Shown piece by piece: positions 19,705 to 31,400 of a stretch of DNA of 64,000 nucleotides; the stretch's first letter is position 1; each line of letters begins with the position of its first letter. Origin of the DNA: Candidatus Cloacimonadales bacterium (lineage in GTDB: Bacteria > Cloacimonadota > Cloacimonadia > Cloacimonadales > JAFGVF01). The translations under genes and the position numbers were made by a program. Location: assembly GCA_963677495.2 (NCBI GenBank), contig CAXXOU010000001.1, forward strand, positions 192,001 to 256,000, given 5' to 3'. Under the pieces are notes generated by a model that saw only the letters and a list, made by a program, of their open reading frames with translations, did not search any database and was not told the DNA's origin.

Positions 19705-21984
19705 TTATTTAACCATTATCATTTTTTGAGTTTCAGTTCTGTTTCCACTTGTCATTTTGTAGAAATAGATACCGCTAGTAGTCTGCTGACCATTGTTGTC
19801 TTCACCATTCCATACAATTGAATGTTCGCCGGCAGCTTTATGCTCGTTAACAAGAGTTTTAACAAGCTGGCCTTTAACATTGTATACGCTAACGTTAACG
19901 TTGCCATTAACAGGAGCATTGTATTTGATAGTTGTAGTTGGGTTGAATGGGTTAGGATAGTTACCCTGAAGCATAGCTTTTGAAGGAGCAACTTCAACAA
20001 CTTCGTTGTCAGTAGGGTTAACAGTAAAGTCAATAGCAGAAAGGACTAATTTACCAGGACCTGCTTGACCTTCAGCTTGAGTTGAACAACCCCAAACATC
20101 ATCATCATGGAAATAGAAGAATAAACGGTAAGTTTCGTTATTCTGATCATCTTCACCGAGGAAGAGAAGTTCTTCTGCTGGGTAAGCAAACATTGGAGTC
20201 ATACCATCCCAATCTGAGATATAAGCATGCTCAACACCAAAGCCCATGTCATTACCTGATTCATCTAACCAGAAATCGTCTTCAACTGAAACACCACTGA
20301 AAGCGATTGGTTGCTGCCATGTGCTACCATTATCAAGAGATAATGAGATATAGATTTCGTTAGAGTTTTCATAAGGCTGCCAGTATGATAAGTTATCAAC
20401 GTGGAAGTCATTTGCAGGAGTTGAATCATGCCATACCATAGCCATAACACCATTTTCATTAGCATTAGTAATCTTAGTATGTGCAAGATGGAAGAACATA
20501 GCATCATCATGTGAATCATGCTGATAGTGAGGGAAAGGCCAGATTGAATCTAAGCGGATGTTTCCATAACCTTCAACATCTGGAGTAACACCATCATCGA
20601 TACCATCATTAGCTCCGTCATCCCAATACTGGTCAACGTTACCATCATTATCCATATCCCAATGTACAAAGTGTCCGTCACCATTGCTCTTAGGGAATAC
20701 ATCAATAAGTTCCATTGTATTGTTAGCTACATCATAAACGATATCTTTAACAATGTGTAAACCATAGAAGTATGAACCTTCAGGAGTAACAAGACAGTAA
20801 GTAGCAGGCATATGAAGTTTGCCTTCTTCGTCCCAACCTAAAGTGAAGTGACCATTGTTTGTGATTGTGAATTCAAGACCATCATAAGGCGCATCACCAT
20901 TTTCAGTATCAACAAAGTAGTATGAACCATCAGCATTCTGAGGATTAGCAACCGGATAAGAAACGTCAAATGCATTCCAAGTCCAATCAGATGTTGGATT
21001 ACAATAATCATCATGAATGAAAACATCATAAGTCATCTCATCATCAGCTGTATCACCAATATGGTAACCCATATAGATAACTTTACCGGCATTAACACCT
21101 TTACCAACGATGAAACTGAACATAGGACGACGCCATTCGTTAGTATCGATATTCCAAGCATCCATTGTAGGGATAGATGTATAGTTCCAAGTCAATTCAA
21201 GACCGAAATCAACATCATCTTGAGTATAATCAGCATAAGCGATATAAGGGTTCTCAACTGGTGAAGGTTCACCTGTTGTTTCACTAATAACTGAATGAGA
21301 AACTGAGTTTCTACCTAAGATGTAGATACGTTGGTATGTGTCACCAAGTGGTGAAGGACCAACTTGAGTTGAAGGCCAGATGTACTGGTTATCATCAAAA
21401 CCGTTTAATGTAACAGGATTAAGAACAGCATTATATGCATCAGAAGGGATTCCAGGAATACCCGCAAAGTACGGATCCCAACCCATCTTGATATCATATA
21501 CGTCGTCACCATCTGGATCAACGTGCCATGCCATCATCATTTTACCCCAATCATCGACATCCATACTTGAATATCCTTCCCAGGTATCAACAGTTGTGAA
21601 TAAGCCATTATGAGCAACACTACCAGTTCCATCTACGTATGAGTAATAAACACGTCTGTTACCAGAAGCAGAAGGTTTACCCATATAAGTGATGAACATG
21701 CCATCGCCATATGCTCCACCCGGTTGCATTCTGATAGGTGTGTTTGAATATGCACCAGGCATATAATCATAGTAGTTAGGATCAAGTAAATTTTGCTGAG
21801 CATAGTTGTTTGCCCAGTTTACAGTTCTTTCTGTTCTTGATGTTGTGCCAATAGTACTAGCATTACGGCCAGCAATTGAACCATCAAGTCCAATCATCTT
21901 CTGCGTTCTAGCAGGAGTTTGTACTTCTGCAAATAATGCAAAAGCCAATGTTATTAACATAAGTATGGTCAGGGTCTTCTTCAT
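19705..21984 (-). CDS. Secreted acidic protein with FlgD-Ig/T9SS-like CTD; Asp-box-like motif
   Basis: Signal peptide; [18 protein letters not shown]...TSGIYFYKM...QKMIMVK. Confidence 0.85.
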   Translation of the reverse strand: MKKTLTILMLITLAFALFAEVQTPARTQKMIGLDGSIAGRNASTIGTTSRTERTVNWANNYAQQNLLDPNYYDYMPGAYSNTPIRMQPGGAYGDGMFITYMGKPSASGNRRVYYSYVDGTGSVAHNGLFTTVDTWEGYSSMDVDDWGKMMMAWHVDPDGDDVYDIKMGWDPYFAGIPGIPSDAYNAVLNPVTLNGFDDNQYIWPSTQVGPSPLGDTYQRIYILGRNSVSHSVISETTGEPSPVENPYIAYADYTQDDVDFGLELTWNYTSIPTMDAWNIDTNEWRRPMFSFIVGKGVNAGKVIYMGYHIGDTADDEMTYDVFIHDDYCNPTSDWTWNAFDVSYPVANPQNADGSYYFVDTENGDAPYDGLEFTITNNGHFTLGWDEEGKLHMPATYCLVTPEGSYFYGLHIVKDIVYDVANNTMELIDVFPKSNGDGHFVHWDMDNDGNVDQYWDDGANDGIDDGVTPDVEGYGNIRLDSIWPFPHYQHDSHDDAMFFHLAHTKITNANENGVMAMVWHDSTPANDFHVDNLSYWQPYENSNEIYISLSLDNGSTWQQPIAFSGVSVEDDFWLDESGNDMGFGVEHAYISDWDGMTPMFAYPAEELLFLGEDDQNNETYRLFFYFHDDDVWGCSTQAEGQAGPGKLVLSAIDFTVNPTDNEVVEVAPSKAMLQGNYPNPFNPTTTIKYNAPVNGNVNVSVYNVKGQLVKTLVNEHKAAGEHSIVWNGEDNNGQQTTSGIYFYKMTSGNRTETQKMIMVK

Positions 21985-22014
21985 AATTCCTCCATATATT
22001 ACTTATTACTTATT

Positions 22015-23046
22015 TTAGAATTTCATTTTAAGTGAGACTCTATGAGCTCCGTGTACGAAATCTTCTGTTAGATATCCCATATCAGTGTAAGCATAGTCAA
22101 CATGATAAACAGCTAAGTCTGTAGGCAACATAACACCGAAACCTGCAGTGAAACCGTTTGTATCATAATTGAACTGGTAACCACCTCTTAAGAATAAGAC
22201 TGAAATCTTATACTCAAGACCGGCATTCCAAGTTTCACTTCTATCAACAACGTTATCAAGCTGAGCTGAAGCTAAAAGATATGAGTTATCGTTTTTGAAG
22301 AGGTCCATACTTGCTCCAAGTGAGAAGTTAAGAGGAATCTTGTATCCAAGTTCTTCTTTATCTTCATCGATAAGACCGTCATTGTCATTATCAAGCAAGT
22401 CAAAAGGATCCTCATCTTCACTACCATCGCCATCATTATCAACAGTGAATTTTACATCAGGACCAAAGTTTCTGAGTGTCATACCAATCTTAAGATTGTT
22501 CCAGTTAGTATTATAGATTGAGCCAATATCAACAGCATAGCTATTAACACTAATATCTTCATAAAGGTCTTCTCTTAAATACTTAACAGTAACACCAAAG
22601 TTGAACTGGCTAGTCCAAGCTACTGCATATGTTAAACCAACTGAAAGATCGGAAGATCTGAAAGTACGGCCAGTAGGACCAAACTCTTCTTCAGTAGTTT
22701 CATCCATTTCAGACATATGCAAGAATGAACCTGATATAGCAAATGTGCTTATACCACTGTTGTATGATGCTGCAACAAATTCATGATAAATGTCTGCAGG
22801 CCAGTTTGTGTGTGAGTAAAAAGCCTGAGAGCTGGTAGTCATACCAAGTCCTGCAGGATTCCAGAAAACTGAAGAGATATCATCAGTGACAGGAACATAC
22901 GCTTCACCCATACCAATAGCACGAGCATCAACACCAAGTTTCAAAAACTGAAGTGATGCTGTACCAACTTTAGGAAAGATTTCAGCATTAAGAAATACCG
23001 GAACAAAAAGTAAGATTACGATTAAGGTAGTAACTATTCTTTTCAT
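22015..23046 (-). CDS. PorV/PorQ-like (UPF0164) outer-membrane beta-barrel with acidic DxDxDG insert
   Basis: KVGTASLQFLKLGVDARAIGMGEAY...FWNPAGL; HRVSLKMKF C-terminus; DNDGDGSEDEDPFDLLDNDNDGLIDED insert. Confidence 0.85.
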   Translation of the reverse strand: MKRIVTTLIVILLFVPVFLNAEIFPKVGTASLQFLKLGVDARAIGMGEAYVPVTDDISSVFWNPAGLGMTTSSQAFYSHTNWPADIYHEFVAASYNSGISTFAISGSFLHMSEMDETTEEEFGPTGRTFRSSDLSVGLTYAVAWTSQFNFGVTVKYLREDLYEDISVNSYAVDIGSIYNTNWNNLKIGMTLRNFGPDVKFTVDNDGDGSEDEDPFDLLDNDNDGLIDEDKEELGYKIPLNFSLGASMDLFKNDNSYLLASAQLDNVVDRSETWNAGLEYKISVLFLRGGYQFNYDTNGFTAGFGVMLPTDLAVYHVDYAYTDMGYLTEDFVHGAHRVSLKMKF

Positions 23047-23054
23047 CTTTCCTC

Positions 23055-26000
23055 CTATTTAATTATCACGAATTTGCCGACTTTGATATCACCACTTTCT
23101 TTATCTTCTACAGAGAAAAGATAAACTCCACTAGCAATAATCTGGTCATAACGGGATAGGATATCCCATTCGTGCATACCATCTGCAGTAATACCTTGGG
23201 TAGCAGCTTTACTAATAGTAATAATGTCAGCACCATGTGCACCATTATGCTTAATAGTATCTACCAAGTCACCTGCAAGGGTATAAATTCTAATTGTACA
23301 TTTTTTTGGTAAGTTAACGAACCAAAGGCGCTTACTCTTATCACCTTTATCGTCACTCTCTCTTCTACCATCAAACTTAGATGAGCCAAGATATGGGTTT
23401 GGCACAACATAGATGTCATCCATATCCGCTTTAGCTGTGTTTCCAGGGAAAAGAACTTTCATATTAGCATCTGCATCTCTACCAGACTCAAGGTAATCAA
23501 GGTCATTACTTGGGATACCTCTATCAAAGGCTGTTACAGCTGTATAATATTCGATTCCACGTGGAGGGCTAACAATCTGCTGATGATAAAATCTTCTTGA
23601 TAATCTATCCATCATAAGAAGTTCTAATGTTGCGTCAGTAGCACTAGCAAAGATGTTAGGGTTACTTGTTTGTCCGCCATGACCTTCTAATGGAATTAAA
23701 GCATCATCATAAAGCTCATTGTAAACTTCTACAGGGACATTCTCATTCTTAAATAAGAGTGCCTGTGCATTTCTAGCTTCAGCAGTTAACAAACTTGTAC
23801 TGCTGCCAAGATCTTGAGCGATTTGGTCTGCAGTAGCTTGTAAATCTTCTGTCCAGAAAACATCTGGAGCATATAAAGGACTACCGTAAATTACATCATC
23901 AACTTGAACTGGAACAAAACGATAGTATTCATTTAATCTGTAATAACCAAGATCTGTGTCATCAGCAACCTTCTTTTCAGGTAAACCTAAATCATTACCA
24001 CGATAACCGCCGTAGTAGATTGAATCACCTTGGTCTTGGTTAACAACATAGTCAGCCAAATCAACTTCAGTCTCAATTTTATCCCAACGGTTAATCATTT
24101 CCCAGTCTTCCTGAGAACCGCTACCTGAACGACCCCATAATGTGTAACCTTGGAAATCATGTCTAAGTCTATTACCTGTGAAAGGATTAACTTTAGCAGC
24201 AACATTCATGTTGTTCTCTGTCAAACCAAATTCAGCAGGGAATGAACTATCATGATTACCTTGGAAACTATCCCATTGTGGGTTATTGGACTGCCAACCG
24301 ATAAGAGCAGTACTTACTGTTTTTGTATCAACAGTATACTCAGATCTATTATCCCAATAGATGTCAATTATCTTACCATCGTCAACGATGTCAGCATACA
24401 TTTTAGGAATTGTTGGTGGCTCTGGTGGATTATAATGTGGGAAGGTATCAGGTAAGACAACAGTAGTCAAATCCTGTGCTTGACCATAGATATCTTTTGC
24501 CCAACGAGCTGAACGCTTAAGGTCAGGTAAATTATCTCCAGGGAATACAGCAACAACAATTTTCATTGTCTTTGATGGCGCAAGATTCCAACGTTTAGTC
24601 TCATCATTATAATCAGATGAACCCGGTTGAGCACCATAGAATGCAAACAAGAAACGAGTATCAGCTGCATTTGGTTGTTCAAACTCAGTTATTGTAGGAT
24701 CATCATTTTTTCTTAAGTCAAGAATGTCTGGGTTAGATGCAGGCTTTTTACCTGTAAGAAGATAATACTTTTCATTATAAGTTTCAGCACTACCTATCTG
24801 CAATGGATCAGTGTCATCCGGACCTTCACCAACAGCCCAATACCAACATGAGAACTCAAGAGTATCAGGGTCAGGAGTACATACACGAGCACCAACTAAA
24901 CCATCAACAAGACCATCATCACCATCATCATCTCTAGTATAAGCAAACTCATATCCACGACCTTTTACATAACCGGAAAGGTCATCTTGAGCTTTTTCAG
25001 AGCCATAACTCTGAGGACCAACGTCTGAGTCCATATAGATGCCCATTGCACAATCGTACAATGTGTCCTGACCCATATTGGTAACGTCAAATTCAACATA
25101 TACTAGGTTTTTAATATATTCATAACTCCACTGATATGACATCTGTCTTACTCTAATATTCAATGGTACGTGGTTATTACCACCCTTTGAACCACCCCAG
25201 TCTCTGTTAACTGAAGTACCGAAAGGACTATAGTCATAATAATATGAAATGAAATCCTGTTCTGAAACAGGGGCACCATCTTCATCAATGTAGTTATCGT
25301 TATCATCATTTACAGGACCGGCAAAATTGTAATCAAGATCACCGTAAGCAAAATCTTCACCTGAGTCACTAAGATCCATAAATCCGAGTGGGAACCAGAT
25401 TTCAAAGTTTCTACCTTCTGTAATTTTACCAATGTCTTCAGCTGTAAGACTAGCAAGATAATCCTCACTCATATTAGAGAATACAGAAGGCAATTCTGAG
25501 TCATCTCTAAACTTGAAAGTGTATCCTGGGAAATCTTCATCTACAAGTCCATCACCATCATCATCAACTCCACGACGGTTTCTTCTGATTGAAGAAGTAA
25601 TAATCTCATCTGATGGATTGTTACCTTCAAAATATGGAGCAACTTCATCAGATGAAGATTCTAATGGATTATAAGCAGGTAAGAATTCATAAAGGTCTGC
25701 ATCACCATCAAAACCAACTGAGACAAGTGTGTCGATTACAGCGTGTAAGCCTGGATTCCAATCCGGACTATCCTCTGTAACTGTATCATTATTTTCAGGT
25801 GTTGGTGGGAAAGTCTTCCAATAAAGCTTTTCACCAGCCTGATCTCTTCTTTGCTTCTTAGCACCAAACCATAAAGCACCTTGATAAAGGTAGTCAGCAC
25901 CACTACCACCTGGATATTCAAGTGACGGATACTGTGGTTGAATATCATCACCGGAGCCAAAGAAACCGTAGTTACTTACTCTCAGCCAAATATTACCAAC

Positions 26001-26126
26001 ATTATGATATTGGGTTAAATCAAATTTCTTTCCTGATGTTGAATTTACAGCCATTCTTGCACCAAGTGCTAAGAGAACTGTAAGAAGTAATAAAACCAGG
26101 AAAACCTTTCTATAGTTATAGTTCAT
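23055..26126 (-). CDS. Large secreted acidic protein with DxDxDG motifs and variant CTD
   Basis: Signal peptide; HNVGNIWLRVSNYGFFG...EYPGGSG; DDDGDGLVDED; C-terminal VVPNPY...FVNLPKKCTIRIYTLAGDLV...ASGVYLF...GKFVIIK. Confidence 0.85.
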   Translation of the reverse strand: MNYNYRKVFLVLLLLTVLLALGARMAVNSTSGKKFDLTQYHNVGNIWLRVSNYGFFGSGDDIQPQYPSLEYPGGSGADYLYQGALWFGAKKQRRDQAGEKLYWKTFPPTPENNDTVTEDSPDWNPGLHAVIDTLVSVGFDGDADLYEFLPAYNPLESSSDEVAPYFEGNNPSDEIITSSIRRNRRGVDDDGDGLVDEDFPGYTFKFRDDSELPSVFSNMSEDYLASLTAEDIGKITEGRNFEIWFPLGFMDLSDSGEDFAYGDLDYNFAGPVNDDNDNYIDEDGAPVSEQDFISYYYDYSPFGTSVNRDWGGSKGGNNHVPLNIRVRQMSYQWSYEYIKNLVYVEFDVTNMGQDTLYDCAMGIYMDSDVGPQSYGSEKAQDDLSGYVKGRGYEFAYTRDDDGDDGLVDGLVGARVCTPDPDTLEFSCWYWAVGEGPDDTDPLQIGSAETYNEKYYLLTGKKPASNPDILDLRKNDDPTITEFEQPNAADTRFLFAFYGAQPGSSDYNDETKRWNLAPSKTMKIVVAVFPGDNLPDLKRSARWAKDIYGQAQDLTTVVLPDTFPHYNPPEPPTIPKMYADIVDDGKIIDIYWDNRSEYTVDTKTVSTALIGWQSNNPQWDSFQGNHDSSFPAEFGLTENNMNVAAKVNPFTGNRLRHDFQGYTLWGRSGSGSQEDWEMINRWDKIETEVDLADYVVNQDQGDSIYYGGYRGNDLGLPEKKVADDTDLGYYRLNEYYRFVPVQVDDVIYGSPLYAPDVFWTEDLQATADQIAQDLGSSTSLLTAEARNAQALLFKNENVPVEVYNELYDDALIPLEGHGGQTSNPNIFASATDATLELLMMDRLSRRFYHQQIVSPPRGIEYYTAVTAFDRGIPSNDLDYLESGRDADANMKVLFPGNTAKADMDDIYVVPNPYLGSSKFDGRRESDDKGDKSKRLWFVNLPKKCTIRIYTLAGDLVDTIKHNGAHGADIITISKAATQGITADGMHEWDILSRYDQIIASGVYLFSVEDKESGDIKVGKFVIIK

Positions 26127-26144
26127 TAGTTATCCTCCAATAGA

Positions 26145-26789
26145 TCAAAACGCGAATGTTACAGGGAACTGAACCCAACATGCAACTGGTTGTCCACCGC
26201 TTTTAGCAGGCTGGAAAGTCCATTTTTTTACTGCTTTAACAGCAGCTTCATCTAAACCACCCATACCGGGTTGTAGTGACTCAAGTACTTCAACAGCACC
26301 AACTGAGCCATCTTCTAATACTTCAACATCAAGAAGTACATCACCCTGGATACCGGATTTCTTAGCGAAATCTGAATACTCAGGTAATACTGAAGTCAAT
26401 ACCTCTGGTGGATCCTCATAAGCAACGAACTTAGGAGTTTCACCATGCTTGCCTCTTGGGGCTTCAACTATGTCTTGAGGATCCAATGAGGTGCTTTCGA
26501 TAGTATCAATTTCAATTATGTCTTCATTTTCATCACTATCAAGATCAGTATCATCGATAATGATTTCCAGATCAACTTTAGCCTGCTCTGGTGGTTTAAT
26601 CTTTTCCCTGATCTCAGGTGGGATTTCTATTGCTTCAACGTGTTTTACTTCACGTTTTTTTACCTTTATCTCGAACTTAGGTGTGGTCATTACTGCGAAT
26701 AGCATAATGATTATAGAAAGGCTTAAAGCTTTCTCAAAATAGGAGTTTGCAACATCTTTCCAATCCTGGATTCTTTCTGTTTTACTCAT
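26145..26789 (-). CDS. tonB: Energy transducer TonB (ATG 26789 preferred to GTG 26798)
   Basis: N-terminal TM helix; PEYSDFAKKSGIQGDV...LDEAAVKAVKKWTFQPA TonB_C domain. Confidence 0.92.
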   Translation of the reverse strand: MSKTERIQDWKDVANSYFEKALSLSIIIMLFAVMTTPKFEIKVKKREVKHVEAIEIPPEIREKIKPPEQAKVDLEIIIDDTDLDSDENEDIIEIDTIESTSLDPQDIVEAPRGKHGETPKFVAYEDPPEVLTSVLPEYSDFAKKSGIQGDVLLDVEVLEDGSVGAVEVLESLQPGMGGLDEAAVKAVKKWTFQPAKSGGQPVACWVQFPVTFAF

Positions 26790-26798
26790 CTCACTCAC

Positions 26799-27203
26799 CT
26801 ACCTTTTCAACCTTGCTTCAAAGTATACGCGAAGAGCATCAGCTTTTTGTAGCTGCTTTAAAACGTCTGACATCACACCAAAACGTGTGTGCTTATCTGT
26901 TCTAAAACAGAAAAGAGAGTTGTAGTCCAAAGCTAACTTGCTTAACATTATATATTCTATGCTTTCTAATGGAATAAGCAAATCATCAATTGATACATTC
27001 TCATTTTTATCTACATAAATAGTCACAGCATGATTACGTGGAATCTTCTCAATAGCGTATGCTTTTGGAAGTTCAACGTTCAAGCCTTTTTCTTTCACGA
27101 ACACTGTTGAAACCATGAAGAACAGTAACAGAAGGAAGGAGATGTCTGACATTGAAGCTGTCGGTATTGAAACTTTAGCTCTTTTCTTTCTAAGTAAGGC
27201 CAT
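26799..27203 (-). CDS. exbD: Biopolymer transporter ExbD/TolR
   Basis: IPTASMSDISFLLLLFFMVST; RTDK. Confidence 0.92.
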   Translation of the reverse strand: MALLRKKRAKVSIPTASMSDISFLLLLFFMVSTVFVKEKGLNVELPKAYAIEKIPRNHAVTIYVDKNENVSIDDLLIPLESIEYIMLSKLALDYNSLFCFRTDKHTRFGVMSDVLKQLQKADALRVYFEARLKR

Positions 27204-27214
27204 CTTTTCTCCTT

Positions 27215-27622
27215 TTAGTTAGTTGAAAGCGAAATTTTTTCAGCACCAGCTCTTTGAATTCTATCAAGAACAAGTACCATATTATCATATTTCGCGTTTC
27301 TGTCTGTTTTTAGAGAAACAACCATATCAGGGTTCTCTCTAACAGTTTTCTGAACTCTGTCTTCAAGCTGGTCAATGTCAACAATCTCATCGTTTAGGTG
27401 AATCTCACCTTCACCGTCGACAAAAACCTTGGTTAAATTATCTTGTTTAAGTTTCACCTTCTTTGTATCTTCTTTAGAAGCTGCAGGTAAAACTATACCA
27501 AGACCTTTCTTAATATCGAATGTAGTAGTTGAAAGGAAGAACACCAGCAAAAGGAAAGAAATATCTGACATAGAAGCTGTTGGTATTTCAACTTCTGCCT
27601 TCCTTTTACGGTCAAAACTCAT
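27215..27622 (-). CDS. exbD: Biopolymer transporter ExbD/TolR
   Basis: IPTASMSDISFLLLVFFLSTT; KTDRNAKYDNMVLVLD. Confidence 0.92.
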   Translation of the reverse strand: MSFDRKRKAEVEIPTASMSDISFLLLVFFLSTTTFDIKKGLGIVLPAASKEDTKKVKLKQDNLTKVFVDGEGEIHLNDEIVDIDQLEDRVQKTVRENPDMVVSLKTDRNAKYDNMVLVLDRIQRAGAEKISLSTN

Positions 27623-28447
27623 TTATTCCCCCTTCTTTTCGATAAGCTTTTCAACTACTTTTTCTGTTGCACGCTGCATATCAATCACAAGGTTATCAAC
27701 CATACCGGTGAAGATATTGTAGAAGAACTGTACCGGAATAGAGATAGCCAAACCAGCAGCAGAAGTAATAAGAGCGATCTTAATACCACCGGCAACAATA
27801 GTTGGTTCAACTTCACCGGCTTTTTCAATCGCATCGAAAGCAGCAATCATACCAACAAGTGTACCGAAGAAACCGAACATTGGTGCAAGGGTAATAGTTG
27901 TTGATAACTCTGTGAAACCTTTTTCAAGGTAAGACATCTCAATCACACCGGCATTTTCAATAGCTTTTTCTACAGCTTCAAGCCCTCTATCAGCTTTAAG
28001 CAATCCGGCATAAATAACAGCAGCAACTGGACCGCGAGTTTTCTTTGCAAACTCAACTGCATCTTTGTACTGACCTTTTTCGATAAGAGGAAGAATTTTC
28101 TCCAAAAATTCGGAAACGTTTACTTTAGCATAGCTGATAGCAATCATTTTCCAGATAATGTAAGCAAGACCCCAAATTGTTAGGGCAAGAAGTGGCCACA
28201 TTGTGAATCCACCCTTTACAAAGATATCTACGAATCCACTACCAAGAACTTTCTTTGCGAATTCTTGTAATCCACCACCTTGGGTAGCAGCCTCTGTTTC
28301 CATTGCATCGGGTTGTGCAACATCTGCACTTTCCACTTCCTGACTCATTGTAGGATCGGTAGCATCTGCTTGAGCAAAAGCTATACTTGTGAAGGTTAAA
28401 CTCATCACAATAACCATAAGTACGGTTAAGACAAGATTCCTTTTCAT
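27623..28447 (-). CDS. exbB: MotA/TolQ/ExbB proton channel with signal peptide
   Basis: APMFGFFGTLVGMIAAF; VAGGIKIALITSAAGLAISIP. Confidence 0.93.
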   Translation of the reverse strand: MKRNLVLTVLMVIVMSLTFTSIAFAQADATDPTMSQEVESADVAQPDAMETEAATQGGGLQEFAKKVLGSGFVDIFVKGGFTMWPLLALTIWGLAYIIWKMIAISYAKVNVSEFLEKILPLIEKGQYKDAVEFAKKTRGPVAAVIYAGLLKADRGLEAVEKAIENAGVIEMSYLEKGFTELSTTITLAPMFGFFGTLVGMIAAFDAIEKAGEVEPTIVAGGIKIALITSAAGLAISIPVQFFYNIFTGMVDNLVIDMQRATEKVVEKLIEKKGE

Positions 28448-28473
28448 TCTTCTCTATCCTCCTTAGTATTTAT

Positions 28474-31400
28474 TTAAAAATTAAAGGCTACGCCAACCGT
28501 AACTCTTCTTTCATTATTTTCGTATGATGGGTTGTTTACTACAGATTCACGTACAAACTGATCTTCAGGTACAACATAGCCCTCATTCGTTGTTATAGCG
28601 TCGTTGCTTCCATCCCAGTTTGGATTTCCTGTTTTTGGATATACGTAGCTGATATTATTATATTTGAACAGATTTGAGATATCACAATAAGCTCTGAGTT
28701 TAAATCTCTTTCCAAATGCCCAGCCTTTTGTGATTCTTAAATTTGTATTCATTGTTGGTTCCATTCTCTCACTATTTGTATCAAGTGTTTCATCGTTCTC
28801 TGATACTGGAGTGTAAGGTCTGGCTGTAGTGAAGTTCGCACTGAAGTTAGTTGAGAAATCACTGAATGGTAAAATCCATGATGTACCAGGTATGATAAAT
28901 TCTTCACCACGGTCAATTCTGAAAGTAAGGTTCAACTTCACATCGTGTCTTACATCCCAATCAAGTGGGAATTCACGGTAGTTAGTATTGTAATCTTGTA
29001 TTACTGTAGCTGAGCTATTACCTTCTGCCCATGCTAAACTATAAGCAACTGAACCGGTCCAGAAGTTAGACATAAACTTAGTTAAACTTAAGTCAATACC
29101 TCTAGCACTACCATAGTCCTGAGAGATATACTCATACCAGTAAACCTGTTCCTGATCTTCCTGTGTTTTCTTTTCAGTTGATACATAATTATAGATATTC
29201 TTATAATATGTAGTAACATCAAGTACGTAGTCTTCACTAACCTGGTGAGTAAGACCAACTTCATAAGTCACAGTAATCTGTGGCTCAAGTTTTGGGTTAC
29301 CAACTGTGATACCAGCATTATCATTTGCATCATCAGGAGTTCTACTTGTGAAGATATATGCCATAGGAGGTAACTGGTTTTGGTAGTTGTAAGCAAATCT
29401 CAACACGTCTCTTTCTGAGATAGGATGAGAAACACCTAATCTAGGAGAAAGCATCAACTGATGCAGATCTGACTCATCAAAACCAAGATCATCTACAAAA
29501 TCAACATCTTCATAAGTACCATCATCAAGAAGCTTTTCATAACCTTGGCCAAGATACCAATAGTCAAGACGAAGACCTAAGTTTACGATCATTCCTTCCC
29601 ATTCCATTCTATCTTGTAAGTAGTATGCACCTTGAAGTGGATTTGCTTTATAACCATTACTAACACCTGATCCTGCTTGTGCAGCAGAGTAGTAGTCGTC
29701 TGGTTTATAAACAAAAATGTAGTCATTAGCAACAACGCCTGTTGTATCAATCTGTTCAACATGAGCAAGCTGGTCAGGAATTGAAGCCATATCAGCAGTG
29801 TCATCTAAATCTATATATGAACTTGTATCATAAACATTTTTGAGATAATCTTCCATTCTAGTATTGCTTATAGAAAGGAAACCACCTAATTGATCTTTAT
29901 TAATATCATGCTGTATAAACTCTAAACCGGTTTTAGCTTGATGAATATCATTAATCATATATTCAAAGTCAGCTTTGAAACTTGCAGTTGTAGTTTCATC
30001 ATTTATGAATGTATCAGCAATAGTACCTGGATAAGTATAAGGTATACTTCCGGATGTATCCATACCTGTTAATGGATACTCATAAACCCACTCTTCATAT
30101 GATGGGAAACCGGCCATAATGTTACCGGTCTGTGCAATTGTGTCCCAACCTGCTCCAATATCACCGATAACGTAATTACTGAAAACATCATCTACATATG
30201 CATCAAGTGCTTCCTGATCTACAGTTCCATCAGCATTGTAAATATCAGAGTTATTTGTTGTTTGATAAATATATGAATCTCTATCTACACCTTTAGGTGC
30301 ATAATCTGTAGTTTTATTATAATAACTAGCTTTGATCTTAAGATTCATCTGTGGGTTGAATACTTGGTCAAAGTTAACAACATACTGTCTTTGGTTGACT
30401 TCACTCTGTCCATTATGCTGAAGTGCATATTGATCACCATGACTGTATGAATCGTTTACTTCTCTATCACCACGAACAGCTAAAGTAACTTTTGTTCTTG
30501 GTGTAATCTGATACTTGGTTTTAAAGTTCAGATTATAGCTATTATAATTTCTCTGACCTGTCTCTGTCCAAAGGAAATCTTCTCTGTTTTCATATGGATC
30601 ATATTCATCATAGTCATACTCTAAAAGAGGAGTGCCATTAAGGATGAAGTCATCGTTAGGATCACTTTTCCAGTTATCTTTAAATCTTCCATCAGTCCAT
30701 TGACCACTTCCATTTAAGAAGAAAGTAAGATTATTCCTTAATTTTCCAAATCCATAACCAAGAACCGGACCACCAATAGCAAAACGTAATAAATCAAAGT
30801 TACTGTTTTCATCTATAATAAGATGATCAGTTGAATACTCAATTTTACCACTATAATTTCTGCTACCACTTTTAGTAACAATTGAAACGATACCAGACTG
30901 TGCATTACCAAATTCAGCAGTAAAACCACCGGTCATAACATTCATATCTGCAATAGCATCTGTATCAACAGATAAAGCTGCACCACCGTCAACTGGGTCA
31001 GAAACTGACATACCGTCAACTGAGTAAACTACCTCACCGGTACGTCCACCACGAACACGTACACCATCTCCTGAAACTGAGATACCGGCAATGTTTCCAA
31101 GAATGTCAGAAACATCATCGACAGCCTGTTCACTAAGATTATCAACTTCGATTCTCTTTTGAGAACCAACCTGTTTTGTGTCCACTTTGTCTTTTACGGC
31201 TTTAATTGTTACACCTTCGATTTTCACGGATGATTTAACCAGTTTTGCATTCTGTGTACTAACAGAACCTGCGTTAATTCTAATTCCTTCGATTGTAACA
31301 GTGTGGAAACTCATTTTTGATACACGTGCATCATAAACACCCGGAGGGATGTTAATAATTTTACATGTACCGTTTTTCTTAGTCATTCCACCAATTTGGG

